This document shows positions 54,285-64,000 of a stretch of 64,000 nt of DNA, piece by piece. Positions within the stretch are counted from its first letter, which is position 1. Every line of letters starts with the position of its first letter. A program made the translations under genes and the position numbers. Below the pieces are notes generated by a model that was given only the letters and a program-made list of their open reading frames with translations, ran no database searches and had not been told where the DNA came from. The DNA is from Sanchytrium tribonematis (Eukaryota): assembly GCA_018985235.1 (NCBI GenBank), contig JADGIG010000008.1, forward strand, positions 1-64,000, given 5' to 3'.

Positions 54285-57200
54285 ATGAACAGACGAACAA
54301 GCAGTGAGATTGGCCTTCATGAAATAAAAAAGATGCATTATTCTAATGCTTTAAAGCAAGATACTATTGTTCATAGGATAAACACAATGCCTCAAAATAA
54401 TGAAATTTCTTTATCTTCTAAAAGCAATAGTCTCACAACTGCGCTTGGGTTGGCATTTAATAGATTAGAAGTGAAAAGATCGAATATTGATTTGAGCAAA
54501 TCAGAGTCCAAAGTAGAAGCACAACAAGATCAACATGTCAATCAGATTTTTCTTAAAACAAGTGAAAAATTAAATGGGGACTTGGCTACGAGCTACACGT
54601 CAATGGAGTCCCCTTCTATGAGCTTGGATGACAATAGTCTTCCCCAACTCTCACCTAGAAAAAAAGAGCAGCACGACCTTGATGATCATTCATATCAAAT
54701 CGAAAAAGAGAACAACTCTTTTTTAAGGTCAGTTTTATTATTTTGGAACGGTCAGGTAGGGGGAGTCAAGAAACTCTCTCAATTTTTTGCAGCTTTTTCC
54801 AAATTGCAATTAATCTTTGCAGAAATTGTGATAGCATTAGCATTTGCTATTCCTTATTCGATGCTCGATGGAAATGATTTACTGGTACTGCTCATTGTAA
54901 ATTGTATTGTTATTTTTGCTGTTTTGCAAATGAAAAAGAAGTTCGCCATGAAATATCACGATACTTGGAGCATTTTTACGCTTATAATACATCAGATGCT
55001 GTTAATGTACTTAAATCACGTCTTTGCGATAAATGAGAACCAAGTTTCAACAAATTTATTTCTAATTTTCATCAGTAGCTCATTGACTTGTGTTTCCTCT
55101 CTGGCTACTAAAACGATCATTGTTTTTAATATATTGGCAAAAGCGTTATTATTCTTGGTAAGCCGCAAAAACTTAGATTGGAAAATATTTTCTTTGACGT
55201 TATTTGTGGACTTAGCTGGTTGTTTTGTCGCGTTGCTAAACAGTTTAAAGATAGTCCAAGTATTTCAAAAGAAAGGCTCTGGTATAGTTGATTTTCAGGC
55301 TGTAATTGATAAAACAAGGAAAGAGGTCGAACTGCTCGATAAAATGGCGAATTCGCTTCTTCCTGATTATGTTTGGCATGAATTGAAAGAGGGCAAACAT
55401 GGTGCATTTACAGGGAATATAAACAAGGGATTGCGATATGAATATCCAAAAGTTTCAATCTTGTTTGCTGATGTTGTCGGGTTCACTGCCCTTAGTTCCA
55501 AAATAGATAAGGATGAATTACTTAAAGTTCTTAATCACGTATTCACAAGATTTGATAAAATTGCTGAGGTCCACGATATGGAAAAAATTAAAACTGTGGG
55601 AGACTGCTATGTAGTGGTGGGTGGCGTAACAACTGCAAGCGAAGATTGTGTAGCCAGGTGCGCTTTGATGTCATTGAAAATGGTTGAGGCAATGAAAGAA
55701 ATTCAACAGAGCTCAATTATTCCTGAAGGTGTGACTGTAGCTCTGAGGATTGGATCGCACGTAGGATCAGCAACTGGGGGACTGATAGGTGATACGAAAA
55801 TGCTTTTTGACATTTGGTCTAAGGATGTTAGTCTAGCCAGTTTGATGGAGCAGTCTGGGGCGCCAAATAGAGTTCATATCTCTCAAGATTTTTATAATGA
55901 AATTTCCGACATAGCCATTGTTGATGCAGCGCAAGAGGTGATATTCTCTGAGATCAAAGTCAAATCCTACTTTTTGGAAGGCATCAATGTTAACAGAGAA
56001 TTTTTCAAACTTCCATTTATAGTTAAAAGCTGCAAGATTTCTAGCAATTACAAACACAGCTTTTATCGGCCTGCTAAAATGTCAAATAAGAACCAGATTT
56101 CGTTGCTTCAAAAAACTCCGCATATCTTGCACAAGTTTCTAATGCATTTTGAAGAGTTGCAAATTGAGAATGAATTTATTAGAAAACACCAGAAAGACAA
56201 TCTACATAGCGTACTGTTGGGATTATTTTTAAATCTAATAATTGGCGTAGTTTTTGGGGTTTTAGGAATATACTTTAGTAGAAGTTCAACTATTGCAATT
56301 TTGATTGCATTTAATGCCATAGTTCATCTATCCTGTACTGCCATTATGCTAAGCATTAAATTTCGTGGTGGCTCGTCGTTCGAAAATCTTAGCATTCTTG
56401 AAAAACAGTTTTACAAAATAGGATCCAAAGCTCAAACTTTAGATCAGGATGTTTTAATACTTACAACAATGTTTAGTACCTATTTGCTTGTGCTGGGAAG
56501 CTCGGTCGTCTTTCAGAGTGATTTGCCATTTATTCATGGATCTTTTTACATTTGTATAATTTCAGGATACATATTTCAAGGCTTAAAGTTTCCTTATTTT
56601 GTTATATTTTTTCTCTTGTCAACCATTACCTATGGATATTTTTTAAGCTATCAAACTCTGACTACTTGCGATGATTTCAGAAGCATATTTTTTTATTTTG
56701 GCATAACTATATGTCTTTTTAACAATTATTCTCGAAATTTTTGTAGCAGAAATTTTTTTAGTGTTGATACAAATCAAAGAGAAGAGTTGTTCGTTTTACA
56801 AGATCAACACCTAAAAACTAATAAGACTGTTTTGAAATTGCTGCCCAAGCACGTTATAGACATACTGAAGTCCGGAACCACAGATTTCAGTGAGAGTTTT
56901 CCTGAATGTGCCGTAATCTTTTGCGAAATTATGGGCTTATCAAAATACTCCAATAATCCAGATCTTTTGAATGAGATTATCAGTCGAGTAGACAAAAGTT
57001 TAATTTTTTTTCCAGGAATTGACAAAGTTAAAACCATTTACTCGATATACATGGCTGCAACCGGAATAACACCAGAATCCAGGTCCACGAAAGAACATTT
57101 GAAATCTGCTCTTGATTTCGCTTTGTCATTGAAAAAACATATCAAAGTATTCCAAGAAAAAGGAATCACGCTAAATTTTCGAGTTGGAATTTCTATTGGG

Positions 57201-57446
57201 CCCATCATTGCGGGCCTTGTTGGCAAATCTAAGTTGACTTATGATATTTGGGGCGATACAGTGAATGTTTCTTCGCGCATGGAATCTACAGCTGATCCAG
57301 GGACCATTCAAGTAACTCAGCGTGTTTTTCATTTGTTTGAAGACACTTTTAAGTTTGAAGACAGAGGGCCGATATATGTGAAAGGCAAGGGGACAATGAA
57401 CACCTACCTCTTGCTAGGCAAAAAAAGAAGAAATCAAAGTAAATGA
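54285..57446 (+). CDS. Transmembrane class III adenylyl cyclase, M1-C1-M2-C2 architecture
   Basis: Two TM clusters. C1: FADVVGFT, KIKTVGDCY. C2: KVKTIYSIYMAATG, YDIWGDTVNVSSRMES, VKGKG. Confidence 0.92.
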   Translation: MNRRTSSEIGLHEIKKMHYSNALKQDTIVHRINTMPQNNEISLSSKSNSLTTALGLAFNRLEVKRSNIDLSKSESKVEAQQDQHVNQIFLKTSEKLNGDLATSYTSMESPSMSLDDNSLPQLSPRKKEQHDLDDHSYQIEKENNSFLRSVLLFWNGQVGGVKKLSQFFAAFSKLQLIFAEIVIALAFAIPYSMLDGNDLLVLLIVNCIVIFAVLQMKKKFAMKYHDTWSIFTLIIHQMLLMYLNHVFAINENQVSTNLFLIFISSSLTCVSSLATKTIIVFNILAKALLFLVSRKNLDWKIFSLTLFVDLAGCFVALLNSLKIVQVFQKKGSGIVDFQAVIDKTRKEVELLDKMANSLLPDYVWHELKEGKHGAFTGNINKGLRYEYPKVSILFADVVGFTALSSKIDKDELLKVLNHVFTRFDKIAEVHDMEKIKTVGDCYVVVGGVTTASEDCVARCALMSLKMVEAMKEIQQSSIIPEGVTVALRIGSHVGSATGGLIGDTKMLFDIWSKDVSLASLMEQSGAPNRVHISQDFYNEISDIAIVDAAQEVIFSEIKVKSYFLEGINVNREFFKLPFIVKSCKISSNYKHSFYRPAKMSNKNQISLLQKTPHILHKFLMHFEELQIENEFIRKHQKDNLHSVLLGLFLNLIIGVVFGVLGIYFSRSSTIAILIAFNAIVHLSCTAIMLSIKFRGGSSFENLSILEKQFYKIGSKAQTLDQDVLILTTMFSTYLLVLGSSVVFQSDLPFIHGSFYICIISGYIFQGLKFPYFVIFFLLSTITYGYFLSYQTLTTCDDFRSIFFYFGITICLFNNYSRNFCSRNFFSVDTNQREELFVLQDQHLKTNKTVLKLLPKHVIDILKSGTTDFSESFPECAVIFCEIMGLSKYSNNPDLLNEIISRVDKSLIFFPGIDKVKTIYSIYMAATGITPESRSTKEHLKSALDFALSLKKHIKVFQEKGITLNFRVGISIGPIIAGLVGKSKLTYDIWGDTVNVSSRMESTADPGTIQVTQRVFHLFEDTFKFEDRGPIYVKGKGTMNTYLLLGKKRRNQSK

Positions 57447-57457
57447 ATCGTAACCGT

Positions 57458-57799
57458 TTATTTTCTATCTTCCACCATTATGACATGGTATCCAAATTTT
57501 GTTTTTAAAGGCTCTCTATTGAATTGTGGGGCATTGGAAGTAGAGACTGACAAGGAAAAGGCTAGATCCTGGAAGTCACCTATCATTTGTCCACGCGACT
57601 GCCACCCTAAGGAGCCACCTTGTCTAGCTTTATCAATGCTCATTTCTTTGGCAACATTTTCAAATGATTCCCCTGCATCAAGCCTTTTGATTGCATCAAT
57701 TGCTTGTCCGTGCTTTTCCGTGAGTATGTGCCTAACCTTGATTGCATTGGCTGGCTTCTGTTTATCCGAATTGTTACTACTTTGCTTCTTTTTGGCCAT
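57458..57799 (-). CDS. PIN4: Parvulin Par14/PIN4 peptidyl-prolyl isomerase
   Basis: [32 protein letters not shown]. Confidence 0.95.
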   Translation of the reverse strand: MAKKKQSSNNSDKQKPANAIKVRHILTEKHGQAIDAIKRLDAGESFENVAKEMSIDKARQGGSLGWQSRGQMIGDFQDLAFSLSVSTSNAPQFNREPLKTKFGYHVIMVEDRK

Positions 57800-57830
57800 G
57801 AAAAAATGTGTTCTCCTATGCCCAAAATAT

Positions 57831-58412
57831 TTATTTTAACAGAGCTCGACGCAATTCAAACTTAGGCTGCACATATGGGAAGAAGGGGCTCATTTCACAG
57901 TCTAGCTGTGATACTTTTGGATTGATTAATTCAGTGGCATTTGGTAGGGGACGAAATTTTTTTAGATCTATTGTCTGGCTTGTGGGTAATTCCGCGAAAC
58001 ATTCTGGATGAGTAAATGGATTTATAACATGTATATAATTTCTATTTTTGAATCGGTGTCTTATTTTACAGTCAAAATCGGTTGCTTCGTTTGTTAATTT
58101 AATAAAATGATTTTTATAGATTTGCTTTTCTTCAAATGGCAAATCATCACGAAATGCTCCAAAGTGATGCACAATATCTTTTTTGAAAATCACAAATCCT
58201 TCTTCCTTGGCATGTAAAGTGAATGTTCTTCCTCGAAAGACGTTGTCCCCACAATGCCATTTCGTTCCTCTCTGAGTTATAATGATTTCTCCTGGCTTAA
58301 CATACTCCATACTAAACTTTTTGATACCCAAATATTTTGGCAGGGCTTTTCGGTTATTTTGAGTACTACCACTTGATTTTTTTGTTGCAAACTTGATTCC
58401 TGACAAGAACAT
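57831..58412 (-). CDS. MRPL27: Mitochondrial ribosomal protein bL27m
   Basis: [28 protein letters not shown]. Confidence 0.92.
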   Translation of the reverse strand: MFLSGIKFATKKSSGSTQNNRKALPKYLGIKKFSMEYVKPGEIIITQRGTKWHCGDNVFRGRTFTLHAKEEGFVIFKKDIVHHFGAFRDDLPFEEKQIYKNHFIKLTNEATDFDCKIRHRFKNRNYIHVINPFTHPECFAELPTSQTIDLKKFRPLPNATELINPKVSQLDCEMSPFFPYVQPKFELRRALLK

Positions 58413-58607
58413 GAAATTAGGAGAATTTTAAATTTCAGTACATTTTGAACTTGAGAAATCTAAATAAATTATTCAATCAGCCTAGTTAAAAACTTGGCGG
58501 AAACCTGGATCTCTGTTTTCAGGATATTTTAGATTTTTCACCTAATTTGTGTACAACATTCAAGGATTGATTCAATCAAGTACGAGACGTACGGAGATTT
58601 TTTTAAA

Positions 58608-60869
58608 ATGTCATCGCAACACGAAATTGAAGAAAATTATATCTTTGAGGAGCTCAGCAAAAAATCCATGCTTTCAGCAAATCCTCAAATGGTCCATAAA
58701 TTAGCTCAATTATATGGTAAAAAAATGATGAATAATCTTGCAAAGAAAAAATCTGGAGACCCCGAAAATGATATGGATTTAATGACTTTCTTTTCTACAC
58801 TGATGGAAATGACCATAAAGAAAGATGATCCGCCCGAAGAGGGAGATTATTCTGGAAGTGACTGTCTAAGTGAAGTTAGTAACAATTCTTACAATGACCG
58901 TACTCGCTATTTCAGTGTATCTGATCATACTTCAATTGCACATTTAATAGTTGCAGAAGAAATGAGACTAAAACAGAGTATGCTTCGTGAAAAGGAAGAA
59001 TTTAAAAAACAGAGACAGGCTCAAAAGGACAAACAAAAGCTCAAGCGAGAATTGGAGGAGACGGAGAAGCTGAAATTAAAAGAGCTAGAGATAATTGAAA
59101 AGAAACGCCAGGAAGATGAACGAAAGCGTGCGAAAGAAGAACAGGAAGCGTTTGAAAGCCGAAAATTATTATGTCGCAAAAAAATGGAAACAAATGCTAG
59201 AAAATGGTTTTACCACTACTCGGATACATCAAAGCCTCGCTTTATTGATTTAGTACGACTTTCGGAAGATTTCGACGAGATTCCAATATCTAAATTGTAT
59301 GAATTGGAATACAAATGGGACCCTTTAAAATCTAATCAAATTGACAGCGAAGATGTGTCTGAATGTATTGGCTCGCATTGTTTTGAACTTAATAGGTACG
59401 AGTCGTATGAGCCCAAAGAGGGGAGACAAGAAACTCCACTTCATGCTAGTATTAGAGGCGCTGCAAAATGCAATGATTGGACAATTGTGAAATTTTTACT
59501 CGATAAAGATATTAATTATAATATCCCTGATGAAGATGGCATGATCCCTTTGCATTTGAGCATTCACATGGAGAGCCCTGAGGAGATTATGCAAAAAATG
59601 ATAAATAATTCAGGTGCCCTGATTGATGAAAAAGACATAAAAACTGGCTCCACAGCCCTCCATATAGCTGTAGAAAAAGGTAATGCTAGATGCGTTAAAA
59701 TGCTGCTAAATTCCAAGGCTAGGATTAATATTTTAGATATAAATGGAAATACTGCCGAATCAATTGCTCAAAATAATTTCGATAAAAAATGTATTACTGG
59801 AATTGACAAAACTGACTGGTTTAAACTAGAGATTTCATCATTGCCTGCAAAAACTGGAAGTTCTCCCGCTATAATGGCTTGTTTGTCTCTGCTCAAAAAA
59901 TCACGGGAACTTTTAGAACATGAAAGAATAGAAGCTATGCGCAAAAAGGAAGAAGTTAAGAAAGAAGAACTCGAAAAAAAACGATTACAAGAAATAAAAG
60001 ACGAAGAGGCGAGAAAAAAAGCTGCTCAAAAAGTGCGTAAAAATGAATTAACCTTTGATTTAACACCGGCCTTTTTAAATTCAGAACCAAAAGTACAAAC
60101 GACGCCAAGCAAGAAAAAGAAGAGCAAGAAGAAAGGGAAGAAGAAGAACATCGAAGATGCTGTTTCCATCAATTCTTCTGCTGTCGATGAAACTGTGTCC
60201 CCGCCTCCCTCTGTTCAACAATCAGTGGCTTCTACACCTGTGCTTGACTTTGAAAGATCTAGATCAGTATCTAGTGAAAGCTTAGTTACTAAAACTCCAC
60301 TCAAAAGTAGGGTTGACGACGTTTCTCCTCCGCCAGGATTTGTGTACACCGCGGCTGATCTGGAAAGAGAATTGCTTCAAGGATTTTCTGTTCCAAAAGA
60401 AATTGGCGAAGTTAAAGATGAACTTGCAACAGACAACACATCGACTATTGAAGATTTTTTGTCTAGAACTGCTATTCGTAAAAGGGCTGAGGATGTGGTG
60501 CTGACAGAACCAGTCTCTGAAAATTTTGCTCGCGTACCACCTGTCGTGAAAAGCAATTTGAAAAGAAAAACTAATTTACCTAACGGAAACAGTATAAACT
60601 TGCAAACAAAGCCAAAATTATCTGGAAAAATCTCAGATGCTGCCCCAGGGTTTGAGCCTGTAAACAAAAAGACTGAAGAGGAAGCCTTGAAGCCAATTGG
60701 ATCTATTCTAAAGTCGATTTTAACAGAATCTGATCAGGACGAAATAATTATGAAAAGCGCACCTACCAAAAAGGCGGAGACTTTTTCATTGTTTAATGAC
60801 ACCAAACCTTTATTTACTTCCACGTCATTATGGGCTCCATCGCAAAACAGCGAGTGGTATTCAAAATAA
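58608..60869 (+). CDS. Ankyrin repeat and coiled-coil protein
   Basis: ETPLHA, GMIPLHL and GSTALHIAV ankyrin repeats between charged coiled coils. Confidence 0.8.
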   Translation: MSSQHEIEENYIFEELSKKSMLSANPQMVHKLAQLYGKKMMNNLAKKKSGDPENDMDLMTFFSTLMEMTIKKDDPPEEGDYSGSDCLSEVSNNSYNDRTRYFSVSDHTSIAHLIVAEEMRLKQSMLREKEEFKKQRQAQKDKQKLKRELEETEKLKLKELEIIEKKRQEDERKRAKEEQEAFESRKLLCRKKMETNARKWFYHYSDTSKPRFIDLVRLSEDFDEIPISKLYELEYKWDPLKSNQIDSEDVSECIGSHCFELNRYESYEPKEGRQETPLHASIRGAAKCNDWTIVKFLLDKDINYNIPDEDGMIPLHLSIHMESPEEIMQKMINNSGALIDEKDIKTGSTALHIAVEKGNARCVKMLLNSKARINILDINGNTAESIAQNNFDKKCITGIDKTDWFKLEISSLPAKTGSSPAIMACLSLLKKSRELLEHERIEAMRKKEEVKKEELEKKRLQEIKDEEARKKAAQKVRKNELTFDLTPAFLNSEPKVQTTPSKKKKSKKKGKKKNIEDAVSINSSAVDETVSPPPSVQQSVASTPVLDFERSRSVSSESLVTKTPLKSRVDDVSPPPGFVYTAADLERELLQGFSVPKEIGEVKDELATDNTSTIEDFLSRTAIRKRAEDVVLTEPVSENFARVPPVVKSNLKRKTNLPNGNSINLQTKPKLSGKISDAAPGFEPVNKKTEEEALKPIGSILKSILTESDQDEIIMKSAPTKKAETFSLFNDTKPLFTSTSLWAPSQNSEWYSK

Positions 60870-60914
60870 ATAAATTCTATAAAACTCGTAAAATTCTCCT
60901 TTTTTCATAATTTT

Positions 60915-61941
60915 ATGGACAGCACACTTCGATCTTTAGTTGAAAGTAATTTCAAATGGATATTTTGCGGAGGTAAAGGTGGTGTTGGAAAAACGACATC
61001 CTCTTGCTCGCTAGCCACAGTCTTAGCACTTAGCGGCAAACAGGTTTTACTAATTTCAACAGATCCAGCTCATAACTTAAGTGACGCATTCAATCAAAAG
61101 TTTGGCCAAAATCCTTTGCCTGTAAATGGATTCGATAAGCTACCGCCTATTGAAGGCTTGAATACAAACGGGAAAAAAGGAAATTTGTTTTGCATGGAAA
61201 TTGATCCACAGAGTACCATGAATGATATGATCAAGGAAGAAGGCACAAGCATGTTGAATGATCTAGGCATGAACATTCCTGTAAATCATATTCACTTAGG
61301 GTGTTGATGAGGCGATGGGATTTGCAGAAGTTATGAAGTTGGTAAAAGGAATGTCATACGACGTTGTTGTTTTCGATACGGCTCCAACTGGTCACACTTT
61401 AAGATTTCTTTCATTTCCTAGTGTCATGGACAAAGCTTTAGATAAAATTAGAGAACTTGGAGGTAAATTTGGAAGCATAATGACACAAATGTACACAATG
61501 ATGGGAGCTTCTACAACACAAGAGCAGATGTTTTCTAAAATGGCAGAGACTCAAGCAACTATCAAGCAAGTTCATGCTGAGTTTACCAACCCTGAAAAAT
61601 GCACGTTTGTTTGCGTTTGTATTGCTGAATTTTTGAGTTTGTATGAGACCGAGAGAATGATACAAGAATTAATGGGATATGATATCGATACACACAATAT
61701 CATTGTTAATCAGCTAATTTTTGATAGTCCTGATGTCAAAAATGTTAAGTTGTTGAGAGTGCGTCGAAATATGCAGCAAAAATACTTGTCGCAAATCCAT
61801 GAATTATATGAAGATTTTCATGTTGTAACTATGCCTCTTTTGACAAAAGAAGTGAGAGGTGTTGATAGAATTCGTCTTTTTGGTTCTTGGCTTTTAAAAG
61901 GTTATGATCCTAAAGAAGATATTGATTCCGATGAAGAATAG
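60915..61941 (+). CDS. GET3: Get3/ASNA1 ATPase; one intron, 335 aa
   Basis: [22 protein letters not shown], spliced [19 protein letters not shown]. Confidence 0.97.
61281..61299 (+). other. 19-nt intron GTAAATCATATTCACTTAG
   Basis: Restores the conserved PG(I/V)DEAM motif. Confidence 0.96.
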
Positions 61942-61955
61942 GTAAATAAATTTAC

Positions 61956-63999
61956 TTAATCTATCTCAGGCTCTTCGTTTTCCTTTTTATCAACTTGTTC
62001 CAAAAATTGCAGCCTTCGCTTTCGAAGTTCCTCTGCACTCACATTTTGTTGTACAGGTATAGTTTGTTCAATGTTTTCTATTAAAACAGGATCCACCTCA
62101 GAATTTTGAAGCGTTTCCTCGATTGGGGAATTTTGTATTGGCTCAGGAGTTGGCATTTGCTCATTTTCTTGCAATCTTTGACGCTGTTGTTCTCTCATCT
62201 GTTCTAAAAGCGAATTAAGCCTTGCGTTGGATTGCACTTCAACGACAGGCACATCGTTAGTAGGCGCTCGCAGCTGAACCTGATTTCTCCTTCTAATATA
62301 GAAAAGGTATCCACTTACAAGTATTAAAGCAAAAAATATTAAATTGTCCATCCCAGCGGAGGAAGACCCAAAAAACATATTTTCTAAAGTTGAAAACCCA
62401 TCATTGTAATTATTACGCTTCCATGTTGGTGTGCGCATTTCATCAATTTCCCAATCAATCTCCTCAGTTTTGTGCTGCTTAGAAATGGGCAATTCCTCTT
62501 CCACTACTTCTTCAGACTCTTCAGAATTGTTTTGAAAGTATTTAAGAAAGTCATTCCAACTCCATCGCAGACGAAGTTTCAAATTTGATAATGAGACAAC
62601 AAGCCATGTGTCCTTGTTGTATTCGTATGCAAGGTCATAAAACCTCATTGCCATATTAAAATCCTGCTTGACACCTATGCCATTTTCATACATATACCCA
62701 ATATTCCATGCTGCGTAGGAACTCCGGCTTTCGGATGCCGCTTTATAATATTCGAAGGCTTGCTGCCTATCTTCTTCAATGCCATTTCCGTTATAATGAT
62801 AATCACCTGCTTTAATTCTCGCATCCACATTACCCTGATTTGCAGCGCGGTGAAACGAAAGCAGAGCTAAATTTTTCAAGTTCTGGGTGATATTTGATTG
62901 CTTGATCTCTTCTTTATCAATTAGATATGCAAGGTTCACCTGCGCAAGCTCAATTCCCATTTCAGACGCCAATAAGTAATTGATTAAGGCATTTTCTAAA
63001 TTGTCTTTGGTTAAAGAATCGTAGGCTTTGACTGTATACGGAAAAAACCATTCATACCCTGTTTCGGCAACTTTCTTGAACAACTAAATTAAAATTAATT
63101 ACACTAACTGCTTGTTTGCAATCGGCACTGACACCATATCCATTTTGTACCATGTCGCCAAGTAAAAATGAAGCCTGAACATTGCCAAGATGTGACGCAA
63201 TATTAAGGTAATTACTCGCACTGATGTAGTCCTTATTTTCCTTATGATGCTTCCCAAGTCTTGTGAGACCAAACGCGTCTTGTCGTTCAGCGGCCTTTCC
63301 ATACATTTCTAAGGCTTTCTTCATGTTTGGCGATGTACTAAGTCCATATTCATACATATAACCTAAACCTGAAAATGCCATACCTTCTCCGATATCTGCT
63401 CCCTTGGTAAACCATGAAAAAGCTTGTTCGTTATTCTTCTCTACAAATTCACCTCTGAGGTACATTCTGCCCAACATTGCAGCACTTTTACCTGCAAAAA
63501 GTCTATCTTTTCGTCTCATATAAGCATCTTCTTCATCTTCGGAGTCTTCTGGCTTTTCTACTGCTGTTGCAGCCTTTTTGAAATACATAAAAGCAATTTG
63601 ATAATTTTGCTTGAAGTTTTGTAAACCTTGATAAAAAACTTGACCAAGCAAAAATTGAGACGATATATCGCCTGATTCGGCAAGCATTTTTGAATAATCA
63701 ATAATATCATCCTCGGATATCCCAGAACTATCGTCTCCAAATATTCTGTCATTTGGTTTATAATGTGAGATGTGTCCATAAATTCCTCCATCTGCCGCTT
63801 CTAAATGTACTGGTAGTGGAGGATATAAAGTTCCTAATGGCGGTCCATCAACACGATGTTTAACAACAATTTTAGCAGCTGCTTTGTAATATTGTAAAGA
63901 TTTCGAACAAGATTCCTTCACGCCTATTCCATGTGAATATCTATACCCCATTGACATAAGTGAGGGTAGGTATCTATCTCTGGAAGACAAGGCAAGGTG
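61956..63999 (-). CDS. HRD3: Hrd3/SEL1L ERAD component, 5'-partial; one intron
   Basis: Sel1 repeats, AANQGNVDARIKAGDYHY, KQDFNMAMRFYD, C-terminal TM; spliced CKQAVS|LFKKVAE. Confidence 0.9.
63084..63102 (-). other. 19-nt intron GTAATTAATTTTAATTTAG
   Basis: Restores the SEL1L-like C..AV.LFK.VAE motif. Confidence 0.93.
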
Positions 64000-64000
64000 A

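Noticed and set aside
61122..61139. Candidate in-frame 18-nt intron GTAAATGGATTCGATAAG in GET3
   Set aside because: It encodes the conserved VNGFD motif and lacks the A(-6) and TAG consensus.
1..64000. Alternative genetic code (for example TAA/TAG read as Gln, as in some aphelids)
   Set aside because: Long conserved ORFs have no internal TAR, and genes end at TAA, TAG or TGA at the expected C-termini.

Overview
AT-rich, extremely gene-dense eukaryotic nuclear DNA in the standard genetic code, with about 50 protein-coding genes in 64 kb and many intergenic gaps of only 2-60 nt. The gene content points to a reduced, early-diverging zoosporic fungus. Mim1/TOM13-like, GT71 mannosyltransferase-like and Snt2-like genes sit beside a doublecortin protein, a DNAAF4-like CS protein and an animal-type transmembrane adenylyl cyclase. 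The taxon is an inference; a sanchytrid-like lineage is one candidate. The main discovery is a system of ultra-short spliceosomal introns. Every apparent frameshift in a recognisable conserved gene is repaired by removing a GT...TAG segment of 19 nt (15 cases) or 20 nt (2 cases). All 17 have T at -8, A at -6 (putative branch point) and a TAG acceptor, and none has G at +5. Most lie in the 3' half of the CDS. No rRNA, tRNA, CRISPR array or mobile element was recognised.
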